A DNA stretch of 63,767 bases, counting the filler, from Octopus bimaculoides (taxonomy: Eukaryota): the NCBI RefSeq assembly GCF_001194135.2. It is 7 parts of 6 records of this genome, joined end to end, with 100 filler letters (N's around TTAATTAATTAA, not from the genome) between each part and the next. Parts side by side here need not be neighbours in the genome. Positions count along the whole stretch, not along the records: positions 23,830 to 30,893 come from NC_068981.1; positions 30,994 to 44,211 come from NC_068984.1; 5 more parts are not named here. The stretch is one strand, 5' to 3'. Shown here piece by piece: positions 24,291 to 35,290 of the stretch; within the stretch, counting starts at the first letter, position 1; each line of letters opens with the position of its first letter. Both the position numbers and the translations under genes were made by a program. The notes beneath the pieces were generated by a model. The model had not been told where the DNA came from. It saw only the letters and a program-made list of their open reading frames with translations, and made no database searches.

Positions 24291-25169
24291 TATACACAAC
24301 ACATGCTGGTGTTTGTGTTTGCCTATAAATACATATGTATGTCCAAACACACACATGCAACTGTATGCATGATATATATACTTGCATGCATACATACGTA
24401 TATACAAATATAAATACATACATACATACATGTATTTATGCATGTATGTATACATGCATGTATATTTCCATTTATACTTAAAAACATTGAGCAAAAGAAA
24501 GTGACACGTGTCCTCCAAATCTAATCTATGAGAGACATTGGGAAAATTTGTTAGACATTCCAAAGATTCTCCATCTGAGATTGTTTGATATATGCAAACA
24601 CTTGGTTGCGTGCATCTACAAAGACACACATGTAAAAGACAAGGGTGTATACACATGCATACAGACACACACACACGCACGTGCACACACATATATAGAC
24701 ACATACACTCACTTGCACATACACACACACATGCATGCACACGCACGCATACACTCACATACATGCACACATACATACACACGCATGTGACACGCACATA
24801 CATACACACACATATATGCACACATACATGCACATACACACAAGCACACACACACCTAAGTACTAAAGAGATGTGTTCACATAGAGCAGGTGCATAGCCT
24901 ACATATGTGTGCACACTAACACAACCACATATTTACAAACCCTGGCAACTCTCTTAACTTTTAAAAGTTTTGCCACTTTATTAACAACTGGTTTGAACTC
25001 TTGAACAGAACTCAAGAAACAACAGACACATACATAGATATGTATGTACGTACATACATACATAAATACATACATGCATGATGGCTGCAATTCACTTTCA
25101 AGCAATGTCATCATTTGATTGTTCTCTTAAAGCAGCATGGATATGACTCTTCACTTCTACTAAGGAAGT

Positions 25170-25330
25170 ACTTTCTTTTGCACTGATGTGGCAATGATGG
25201 GCGCCTCTTGCAACAGGTGTTCAGAGAACTTACCACCCACACTGACACATGCCTTCATTCTTTCATGGAATTTTTCATTAAGTGTTTTGTCTTTTCCAGC
25301 TATGACCACCCCTAGGAAGCAACACATACT
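25170..25330 (-). mobile_element. Small Tc1/mariner transposase C-terminal remnant
   Basis: KTLNEKFHERMKACVSVGGKFSEHLL resembles the Rxx(A)CxxxxGxxFEHLL ending of Tc1/mariner transposases. Confidence 0.4.
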
Positions 25331-26036
25331 AGAAATGTTAACAATCAAGTGAAGCCTGTTTCAGAAGCTTTTTAAAGTAAGGAAAGCCTTTCTACAGGAC
25401 CAATTCAACTCTCTAAACCAGTTATACTCAACCGGGATCCATATGATTCCTGGGTGGGGTTTATATAAGATTTTGGGGAATCCACAGTAGTATTTGAAGG
25501 GTCAATGTAAAATTTTGATTCAAATGTATGTATTGCAAAAAAACAGCTGTGTTTGTGGTTGGAAAGCAAGCTTTTTACCACATGGCCACACCTGTACCTA
25601 TGCCATTGAATGTAAGAGAGACCTCCTCCTCTCTGGTGAATCCCTAGGTGACTGATAGACGAAATGGCTTCTAGATATAGGAGCTAGTGGCAAATTTAGA
25701 AATAAGCTGTCCTAGATCAAACACATGCTGCTCTTTGGCAAGGCATAGCATCTGGCAGCAATGCATCCTAAGGTTACAGGTGCGGCAATGGGAAGCAGCA
25801 TGATGGGATGCACAGTCTCAGCAAAAGAGGTCATCTGTTACTCAGTGATAACACTCACATGATGCTGAACAAAGGAGGTTCTGCAACGACAGTTACTAGG
25901 GTTACCCTGTTATTGAGGTGTATTATTGTTAATGTTCATAGACATGTCTATCAAGGATGCTATAACCAAATGAAAAATATCAATGACTTTATACACACAC
26001 ATGCACAAACGTACACACACACCACACAGACACATA

Positions 26037-26548
26037 CAGGGTTGCCCCAAAGTAGGTCTACAGTTCTCACGTTGGCACTTTAAATTTCTTTTAAAATATT
26101 TCATTACATTTAAATTTCTACACTGGACTGGCTCTCATGATCATTGCCAGTGCCGCTGGACTGGCTCCCATGCAGGTGGCATATAAAAAACACCATTTTG
26201 AGCATGGCCGTTGCCAGTACCGCCTGACTGGCCTTCGTGCCTGTGGCACGTAAAAGCACCCACTACACTCTCGGAGTGGTTGGCTTTTGGAAGGGCATCC
26301 AGCTGTAGAAACCCTACCAACTCAGATTGGAGCCTGGTGTAACCATCTGGTTTACCAGTCCTCAGTCAAATCGTCCAACCCATGCTAGCATGGAAAGCGG
26401 ACATTAAACAATGAACGACGATCTTACAATTAACTAAATTAGCCTAGAATAATGGTTTCATATATTTTTATAATTAAGATCTAAACTGTCAATAATGAAG
26501 GCAAAAGAGATAGTTGAATACCTGTAAACCTACTTTTGGGCCACCCTG
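26037..26548. mobile_element. Tc1/mariner-type MITE with nested family C insertion (~26120-26422, +)
   Basis: TA-cagggttgccccaaagtaggtctacag ... ctgtaaacctacttttgggccaccctg-TA. Confidence 0.8.
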
Positions 26549-27092
26549 TATATGCATACCCGCATACCTACATAAATTAGTTCTTTCCATGCCATGAGGC
26601 ACTTCTGTGCCTCTTGGCATGGCTACAACACAATCTTTCCAGCCAGCTGTGTATTCTGCTACTGTTCTGGTCTCATTCCAGCTTCTCCACTCTTCTTGTC
26701 ACCTTTCCTTGTCAATGGCCCTTCACCATGTGAGTTTAGGATCTCCGGCTGCTCTTTTCACCTCAGGCTACTACTTTAGTGCCAACATACAATTGCATTC
26801 TTAATCTTGTTTGACGATGTGTCCAATCCATTTCCAGCATTTTCATCTTATTTCATCACTGATCCTGTTCATGCCTTTTGTCATCACAATTTGATGTTGG
26901 GTATTCATGCACACATATACATATATACATTTTGGCGTTAGGAAGGGCTCCAGCTGTAGAAACTCTGCCAAGTCAGATTGGAGCCTGGTGTAACCATCTG
27001 AATCCATAAACATATATAAAACATCCAAGGGTAGTATGTGTGTGTGTGTGTGTACCCTTGTCTCAGCATTTTGTGATAGTTGTAAATGAGTG

Positions 27093-27139
<47 letters not shown>

Positions 27140-27152
<13 letters not shown>

Positions 27153-27362
27153 CCCCCCCCCCACACACTGCTTGACAACTAGCGTTGGTTTGTTTAGGTC
27201 TCTGTAACTTAACAGTTCTGTAAAAGCAACCAGTAGAATAAATACTGGGCTTTAAAAAAAATAAATACTGGGGTCGATTCATTCAACTAAGAATTCTTCA
27301 AGGGAGTGCCCCAGCAGGCCCAGAGCCTAATTGACTGAAACAAGTAAACGATAAAAGATAAA
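27140..27362 (+). mobile_element. SINE body/tail family E (probably the 3' half of family B, joined through a microsatellite)
   Basis: gcttgacaac...gttggtttgttt...actggggtcgat...gtgccccagca...gactgaaacaagtaaa. At 56270-56565 the B and E parts are contiguous across a (TG)n tract. Confidence 0.7.
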
Positions 27363-27580
27363 AAATCAGTCATACAAATGATGTTCATTTCCAGTCTTCT
27401 GCAAAAATCATGCCTCACCATTAGGGATCATGACCTTACAATTGGTGAGGGTTGGCAACAGGAAAGGCATCAAGCCATGGAAAATCCGCCTCAATAAATT
27501 CCGTCTAACCCATGCAAGCATGGAAAAGTAAATGTTAAAATGATGACATCAATGAAAACAATAATGTGTATATCACCACC

Positions 27581-28103
27581 ATCATCATCATCATTTAACA
27601 TCTGCTTTCCATGCTGGCATGGGTTGGACAGTTTGACATGAAGTTGGCTAGCAGGGAGCTGTCCAGATATCAAGTGTCTGTAGTGGCATGGTTTCTATGG
27701 CTGGATGCCCTTCCTAATGTCAACCACTTAACAGAGTGTGCTGGGTACTCATTATGTGTCACTGGCATAGGTGCATTTATGCTGCACTTGCATGAGTGTT
27801 TTACTCAGCATCAGTACAGGTGCATTAATGCAGCACCAATATATATATATATATATAAAAGACACCATTTCGAGCGTGACCGTTGCCAGTATTGCCTGAC
27901 TGGCCTTCGTGCAGGTGACACGTAAAAGCACCCACTACACTCTCTGAGTGGTTGGCGTTAGGAAGGGCATCCAGCTGTAGAAACTCTGCCAAATTTAGAT
28001 TGGAGCCTGGTGTTGCCATCCGGTTTCACCAGTCCTCAGTCAAATCGTCCAACCCATGCTAGCATGGAAAGCGGACGTTAAACGATGATGATGATGATGA
28101 TGA
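27581..28103. mobile_element. Two family C copies head-to-head (27581-27830 minus; 27858-28103 plus)
   Basis: catcatcatttaacatctgctttccatgctggcatgggttggac at the left end and gtccaacccatgctagcatggaaagcggacgttaaacgatgatg at the right end. Confidence 0.85.
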
Positions 28104-28178
28104 TATATATATATATATAAACAATGACTATAACAATATAGAATATGGAGACTTGGTCTACTCTGTATATATATATAC

Positions 28179-28338
28179 AACGGGCTTCTTTTCAGTTTCC
28201 CCTCTACCAAAAATCACTCACAAAGCTTTGGTCGACCCGAGGCTATAGTAGAAGATGCTTGCCCAAGGTGCCACACAGTGGGACTGAATCCGGAATCATG
28301 TGGTTGGGAAGCAAGCTTTTTACCACACAGTGTGCGTG
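28179..28338 (-). mobile_element. SINE family B
   Basis: acgggcttcttttcagtttcc...cccaaggtgccacacagtgggactgaa...accacacag. Confidence 0.8.
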
Positions 28339-28769
28339 CATGTGTGTGGTATTCTTTTAGTTGACACTAGCAAAGTCGAGACAGATGCATTCAATAGGCA
28401 CCACAGCCTTTTTTTTTTTGCCTTCCTAAATCTTTTCCACTTCCTGTTTTCAACAACAGAGATTACGATTTTTGCCAACAATAAAATAAAATAAAATAAA
28501 ATAAAATATGCCAGCTTTTCAAGATTTTAATTTGCAACCCCTCCCAAATTTTTGTTTTTTAAGTTCTTTTCTTGGATTTTATTTATTTATATATTTGTTT
28601 AATGCGTGTATAAGGATGAGAGCAAAGATTCGGTTATTACAATTCTAAAAAATAAAATTGTTTTCTTGGAAATTTAATTAATGCTGATTGCTTACGAAAT
28701 TTACCAGAATATTCCATTAGAGAAAGAATGCCAAACGTACATGCATGCACGCACGCACATCTTATCTTT

Positions 28770-29000
28770 TACTTATTTCAGTTATTGGACTGCTGTCATC
28801 CTGGGGCACCGCCTTGAAGGGTTTAATCGAACGGGCCGACCCCAGGACTTGGTTTTTTTAAAGTCTGATATTTATTCTGTTACTCTTTATTTTATTTTAT
28901 TCTATTGTCGAACCGCTACGTTTCGGAACGTAAACAAACCAACATCGCTTGTCATGTGGTGTTGATGTTGAACAAGCATAACTCAAGCACAAAGACACGT
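28770..29000 (-). mobile_element. SINE family E
   Basis: tttcagttattggactgctgtcatcctggggcaccgcctt...gaccccaggactt...gaaccgcta...aaacaaaccaacatcgcttgtca. Confidence 0.7.
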
Positions 29001-29964
29001 ACATCAATTTAACGAAACAAAACCCTATCTCGTTATATACGTAAAACAATATCATCGAGGACAAAAAAAAAAAATTGCTGGACGGAAATAAAGAAAGAAA
29101 AAGAGGAAAAAGTAATATAACTAGAACCCTCTTTGCCGACCATCACCAAGTGCATTAACAACAACACCAACACCTTGACTGCCGTAATAATATTCTTGAA
29201 GAGATAAAGTACAAGAGTAAGTGGTGTTGAAACTATCGGGGCAAATTAATGTGTAATACGGCCAATGAAGGAAATAGTAAATTAGCCGATTGCAAGTATT
29301 CATAAGTGGAAGTTATGGTTGTAACACGATATAAATTTTCAAGTAATTTGTCGCACGCTTTCGTCAACTTAAGAGGGAGAATTGAGTTTGTAATATGCCG
29401 TTTGTGCTATAGGATGACTTTATTTCATACATTAGCCACTTTAAAATGGCCGCAAGCTTTCTTTCCTTTTCCAAATCTACATTGTGTGATTTTGTTTGTG
29501 GTTTTGCTTGTCCTTGAAATATTATATATATACATTATATATTTATTACCACTTGTTGCAGTATGAAATATAAATAGTCAGTTGGTCTTCCTTGTTAAAA
29601 TGTAGCTTTCCTAAGCAGACATATCATAGTTAATCTGATGTTACACCCATAATAATATTTTTTTTAAATGTGTGCTGTTGTTCAATGTATCCGCGAAAGT
29701 GTACTTGAGATAAATATAAATATTCTTTTCCACTCTAGACACAAGGCCTAATATAAACATTGTGGAAGCTAAAAAATCTTTCAATCATGACAACATCACA
29801 AACTAAAATTATTTAGAACTTGATTTAGTTTCACTTCAATACAAATACAGTTTCCTTCTGCTATGAAGTGTGCCTATCTATCGTATTTAAAGTTAAATCT
29901 TTTTAATGATATCAGCTATAAAGAGCAATGACATTTTTGGTCAGTAGACATCGCAGTAGCTATT

Positions 29965-30005
<41 letters not shown>

Positions 30006-30566
30006 CATAAAAGATGTTGATAGAATTCCCATTGTGGAGGGAGTCCTTTACCATCTCCACGATGGTGAATTCTGTCAGCGTCTTCTCAATGTCACGTATA
30101 AAAGTTACACGTCTCTTAAGATTTCACTATAATTTTTGATTATATAAGTTGCGTTGTATAACAAATAATTAGTGAAATGTATGTAAGATGATGTAATAAA
30201 ATATCTTATAAACAATTTCACATGATTTGTTTTGTTTTCTATATACATTATGTAATACTCAAACACGGGTTTCATAATAAGGGAGGCAGTTACAATACAT
30301 GAATGGAAATACACGGAGTTCTAAATACTGTTTATCTGCCGAGCAATTTAAATTGCACTGGACAAATATATATATACGTGGAGTGAAGACCACAGACTAG
30401 CATGGAAACAATTAAACGGGATAAAAATACAATTAAACATGGAGCACCTCTTGTCAGCCATGTGGACCATAATCAGTGTAGTTTCAATGCGTTTAAACTT
30501 CGGAGACTTTATTCCATGACACTACTACTCTGGTTGCGTCAGTGATTGTAAACATCATTGAAGTGA

Positions 30567-30893
30567 TAAATATTCTTTTCTACTCTAGGCACAAAGCCCG
30601 AAAATTTTGTGGGGAGTGGTCCAGTCTATTAGATCGACCCCAGTACGCAACTGGTACTTAATTTATCGACCCCGAAAGGATGAAAGGCAAAGTCGACCTC
30701 GGCGGAATTTGAACTCAGAACATAAAGACAGACGAAATACCTATTTCGTTATTGCCCACAAGGGGTTAAACATAGAGGGAACAAACAAGAACAGACGAAC
30801 GGATTAAGTCGATTACATCGTCCCCAGTGCGTAACTGGTACTTAATTTATCGACCCCGAAAGGATGAAAGGCAAAGTCGACCTCGGCGGAATT
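30567..30893 (-). mobile_element. Two tandem SINE A copies with different tails
   Basis: The 54-nt core actggtacttaatttatcgaccccgaaaggatgaaaggcaaagtcgacctcggcggaatt occurs twice. The tails are ...tgtgcctagagtagaaaagaatattt and ...ccccttgtgggcaataacgaaata. Confidence 0.85.
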
Positions 30894-31024
30894 NNNNNNN
30901 NNNNNNNNNNNNNNNNNNNNNNNNNNNNNNNNNNNNNTTAATTAATTAANNNNNNNNNNNNNNNNNNNNNNNNNNNNNNNNNNNNNNNNNNNNTATATAT
31001 ATATATATATATATATATAGTAAT

Positions 31025-31252
31025 GTGAGTGTGTCTCTGTGTTTGTCCCCCACCACCACCACCTCCATCGCTTAACAACCATTATTGGTGTGTTTGCGTC
31101 CCTGTACATAGGCGGTTCGGCAAAAGTGACCGGTACAATAAGTACTAGGCTTACAAAGAATAAGTCCTGGTGTGGATTTCTTAGACTAAAAAAACTGCTA
31201 AGGCGCTGCTCCAACATGGCCGCAGTCAAAATGACTGAAACAAGTAAACATA
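31025..31252 (+). mobile_element. SINE family E
   Basis: gtgtttgtcccc...atcgcttaacaacc...ggttcggcaaaag...aagtactaggcttacaaagaataagtcctgg...aaggcgctgctccaacatggccgcagtcaaaatgactgaaacaagtaaa. Confidence 0.75.
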
Positions 31253-31257
31253 ATGAA

Positions 31258-31291
<34 letters not shown>

Positions 31292-31305
31292 AACACACGT
31301 ATACT

Positions 31306-33900
31306 CTTACTTTTTACTAGTTTCAACTCGAGAACTGCGACCATGCTGAGGCACTACCGTTAGTTCTCCTACGATTTCATTACTTGAAAACCTTCTCTGA
31401 AATGTGGCATTTGTTGAATGAGAGAGTTCGATGTTGGTACCCTCATTTGTATTTCCTGACGCAGGGTAGGTTCATCTAGAACTCATGACAAGAAGAGGAG
31501 ATCCTGTTTTGTTTTGAAGACACCTATATCCATCCCATGTATGTCTCTCGGGCTTTTAAGGAGGATATTAAAGAGCTGTGAGTCCTTGAAACCTGAACTG
31601 TAGCAGTATTTGGTCTTGCATCTGGATTACGATGCTGAGGTCTTTAGCACTATGCAATGGTGCTTGCTTTCCTGTTTGCATAACTTTCAATGTCAAAGTT
31701 TGATACAAGTCCTTCCAGGATTTTCTACATGTATATCACTGCATATATTTCCTGCCTTTGTTCTAGAAGGTAGTCTTAACTTTTTCAACCTTTCCCAGTA
31801 GCTGACTTGTCTCATTGAGATGATCTTTGGTGTAGCTTCGCTAGACTGTATCGAACTGCGCCGTTAATATTACTCTGTGTGGCGACTATAGTTGGGAGCA
31901 GAAGTCTAAGCGTCTGAGGACAAATGTCCCCAAGAGGACCACTACGGGTTGCTGTTGTGTCGTTCTGAAAGTTCTAAGGATCAATTCGGCCAACTGCCTA
32001 CATTTTATTGCCAATTTAGTAATAAGCATCTGGAAAGATGCATCGTTACTCATGTCAATGCCCAGGTTGCACACTGATTTTGATTCAGAGATTGCAATCC
32101 CTCCAGGATCAGTGTATCCTGCTTGCATTTCATTCAGCTTCGTGTGCTGTAAGCACTGAACTTGAAATTTTCCTGCATTAAATTGCATGTTATTGACCTC
32201 ATCTCACTTGCTTATTGCGCCCAACTCCTGTTGCAGGTGCACAACATCTCCAGGGTTCTGTATCTTCTGAGAGACTTTTGTATCGTCTTCATAACTGTCA
32301 TGGATGGCTACTGAGCAGCTAAAGGCATGTCTGAGAGAGCCACTATGAATAGCAGTATCCTTATGATGTGCTCTGTGGAACACCACCCACTATTTGTATT
32401 TCCTTAGAGGTGGCTCCGTTGGGCACCACTGCCTTAGTTTTATCTTTTGAAAACTCGTGTAGCCACTCTCTTAATTTTCCGACTATTCCGGTATCATGCA
32501 GCTTGTGACATATACTGTGATCGACTTTATCAAAGGCTTTTACGAAGTTAAGATGTATCACGTCCACATTTGAGTTGCTGAGCAGCTGCTTTAACACCCA
32601 GTCGTAGTGTTTTAAGAGCTGTGTCAGACAGCTTCTACCTTGTTGAAAACCATGATGGGTATCAGTCAGCAAGTCACTCTCTTCACGGAACAAAGTTTCC
32701 TTCCGAATATTTTTCCATTACTTTGCTGTGTGTGAAGTCAGAGAGATAGCTCTATCATATTGAGACAGCTCTATCATATTGTGATCCGAGACTAGTGTCG
32801 GTGTCATTTTCACATTATGGATGATATCTATATTGTTTGAGCAGCAGAGATTCAGTTTATTATTTGCTCTGGGTGGTTAGAACAGTTTGGTTAGAGCTTT
32901 TTCTATTTTTGCCTGTATGATTTGGAGTAACCGGTGGGCGATATGTAGTACATATAACAATATCGAGTTGTCTTACGTGTACAATTTGAGTGTCAGGAAA
33001 CAAATTTTTGTTTTGCCTTTGAGGTGCAACAGACCTCTGATATTCAATAAAAATATTGGCGTGACGCCTGCACTGGTGTTAGTGGCGGCCATCCTGTTAA
33101 CCGTGGTGGCCTCGTGTGATGATGGGCATGGTTCCGAGTCTGTGGCTGATGTAGCTAGGTCGGCTGCTGCACAATCTTTTGTGCCATGCACAAAAAATAT
33201 TTTTGTTCAGCTGTTGCCCTTTTCACATCTGGGTGAAGCTGGTTGTTTAAAGTAATGCTCACTACGTCTGCATATCGTCTTTTAGAAGCATACAGTGCGC
33301 ATTGATTCTTTATTGGTACATCCCTTTTCTTTGTACTCCTGAAAAGTTCTGTTTCACGCTCCTGCCATTTCGGCAGGGTTGCGGATGTACAAAACGGCAG
33401 GTTGCATCATTGTCTCCGTACCAGCAGTTTCCTTGCTGATAAAATCTGTATATGTTTCCACTTTTGCACCTCCTATTTCTTTTGTCCGCATTGTCGATCT
33501 TTTTTTACCCAAAGTTTGTTTTCTTTTTTTCTTTTAATTGAGGCAGTCTTAGTTGTTTTGTCACGGTTTATCTTAGAGGCTTTACTTTTGTTTTTGTATT
33601 TTTCTCCCTTTTCTTTGTATGCTTCTCTAAAAGCTTTTGTTTTTATCTTTGAAGTTTTTGTTTTATCTGGCAGTCTGCAGTGGTGGAAGCAGGACCAGAA
33701 TCATCGGTATTCTTTTCCTTAGCAGGCCTTTCTGTCGTAGCTTCGGCTTTATTGTTTTTTAAGGGTCTGCTGAGCCATGGAAACTTTTTTTTTCCGTATG
33801 ACTATCTCCATCTTAATCATCTTTATTCCAAACGTTTCCCGGAATGGCATCCAGGATGTTGCTGTATGGTCTGATGTGGACATAGGAATGACATCCGGAA
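31306..33900 (-). mobile_element. CR1/L2-group LINE with internal deletions (ORF1 end, EN, RT, 3' end)
   Basis: EN start IFLLNIRGL and EN end NIDIIHNVKMTPTLVSDHNMIEL. RT HGFQQGRSCLTQLL...NVDVIHLNFVKAFDKVDH...GVPQ; MQFNAGKF...NLGIDMSND; C-terminal LFNIL...DEPT...SNSLIQQ. Confidence 0.85.
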
Positions 33901-33926
33901 TGTTGATTAATGGTCTGATGAGGGCA

Positions 33927-33992
<66 letters not shown>
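33927..33992. repeat. (TAG)n microsatellite
   Basis: Direct reading. Confidence 0.95.
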
Positions 33993-33993
<1 letters not shown>

Positions 33994-34519
33994 TTTTGTT
34001 GTTGTTGTTGTATAAATTTAGTTTTGACTTCCGGTACATGCAGATTTAAAAGGAATTCTATATGTCTAGTATATATTTTAAATGTTTCATTTTCAGTTTT
34101 TCTAACTCTCTAAATACTTAGAATTTTTGTTGAAGCTCATTCGTCATTCGCAGATATTTCTTATTTAACAAGTGATGATTCGGTTTAAAAATAAACCCGA
34201 AATATTTACCACCGTTAAAAGCAAATATAGCTAGGAAGCTTGATAAAGAGCCACGTCAATATGTTGTCGGTGTTAAAAACATGTCCGAAGCCTATTTGTA
34301 GTTGAGTCTCAAGCCACATTGCACATTTTGTAGATTGACCAAATGAACTAGACGTGGTAACTTGGCCTACTCGAAATAGCACCCTGCTGTCTGAAGAAAC
34401 GAACAACGGGAAAAAAATAGTTATAAATAGTAAAAGTCGAGATGGTCACAACTGCAACGCCTTTGATCATAACTCTGTTCTATGAGGGAGGACCAGGAAT
34501 ATCAATAATGTTTCGCTTT

Positions 34520-34985
34520 TTTTCTTTTCTCTTACTATAGGCACAAGGCTTGAAGTTGTGGGGGTTGGGGGCTAAGCGATTATATCGACCCCTGTATTTA
34601 ATTGGGACTTATTTTATCGATTCGAAAAGATGAAACACAAAGTCGACCTCGGCAGAATTTAAACCGAGGCTGATTTTGCCTTTCTTCCTTCTGGATTCGA
34701 TAAAGAGTAATAACAGACAAGAACTGATGTTGATATAACCGAGCATACTACTCTTTCAAATTCGAGGCCCCGTGCCTGTATTAAAAATCAATAAGTTGGT
34801 CGATTGGTCGAACAGTTAGGGCGTCTGTCTTGCGGTATTTCTTCCGTACGTTTACTTTCTGAGTTCTTAATCTTACCGAGGTCAATTTTGGCTTTCATAT
34901 TTCAAATGTTGATAAAACGCAATGCCAGTGAAGTATTAGAATCGATATAATCGACTATACCCATTCTTTCCCTTCCCAGATAATG
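34520..34985. mobile_element. Decayed SINE A copies: head-to-head minus/plus pair (34520-34790) and a further plus copy (34795-34985)
   Basis: aaagtcgacctcggcagaatttaaaccgaggctgattttgcctttc forms the centre, with type 2 tails pointing outward. Confidence 0.65.
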
Positions 34986-35084
34986 CTTTGTCAATGCTAA
35001 GAAAATAGCGTTTCTCAGACTCCATCCATCTATTGCGCTTTTGGGAGTTCCTTTTCATTTTGCCAAACATTAAACGCAGGCTAT

Positions 35085-35290
35085 GTGTTGTTGTTGTTTG
35101 GTTGTAGTTGTAACCGTTTAGCCTCAGGTACACTCTGATCAAGCTATTCTATGACCGAAAGCATTCCAATGTTACCATCTTGCCTGAATATTTTGTTTGT
35201 ATTTGTCTTCACAGACATAATATATCTTAGATGAAGTTAATCAATGAGATTTATCTGCTACACCTAGCAGGTTAAGCTACTTCATAGAAG
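35085..35290 (-). mobile_element. Decayed dispersed repeat family F with (AAC)n tail; related copies ~36690-36795 (+), ~38205-38390 (-), ~46780-46850 (+)
   Basis: Shared ...atggctgga..g..tttgatcat...ctgacctgg...taaacaacaac tail and a gctgctatttctagc-like block. Confidence 0.45.
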
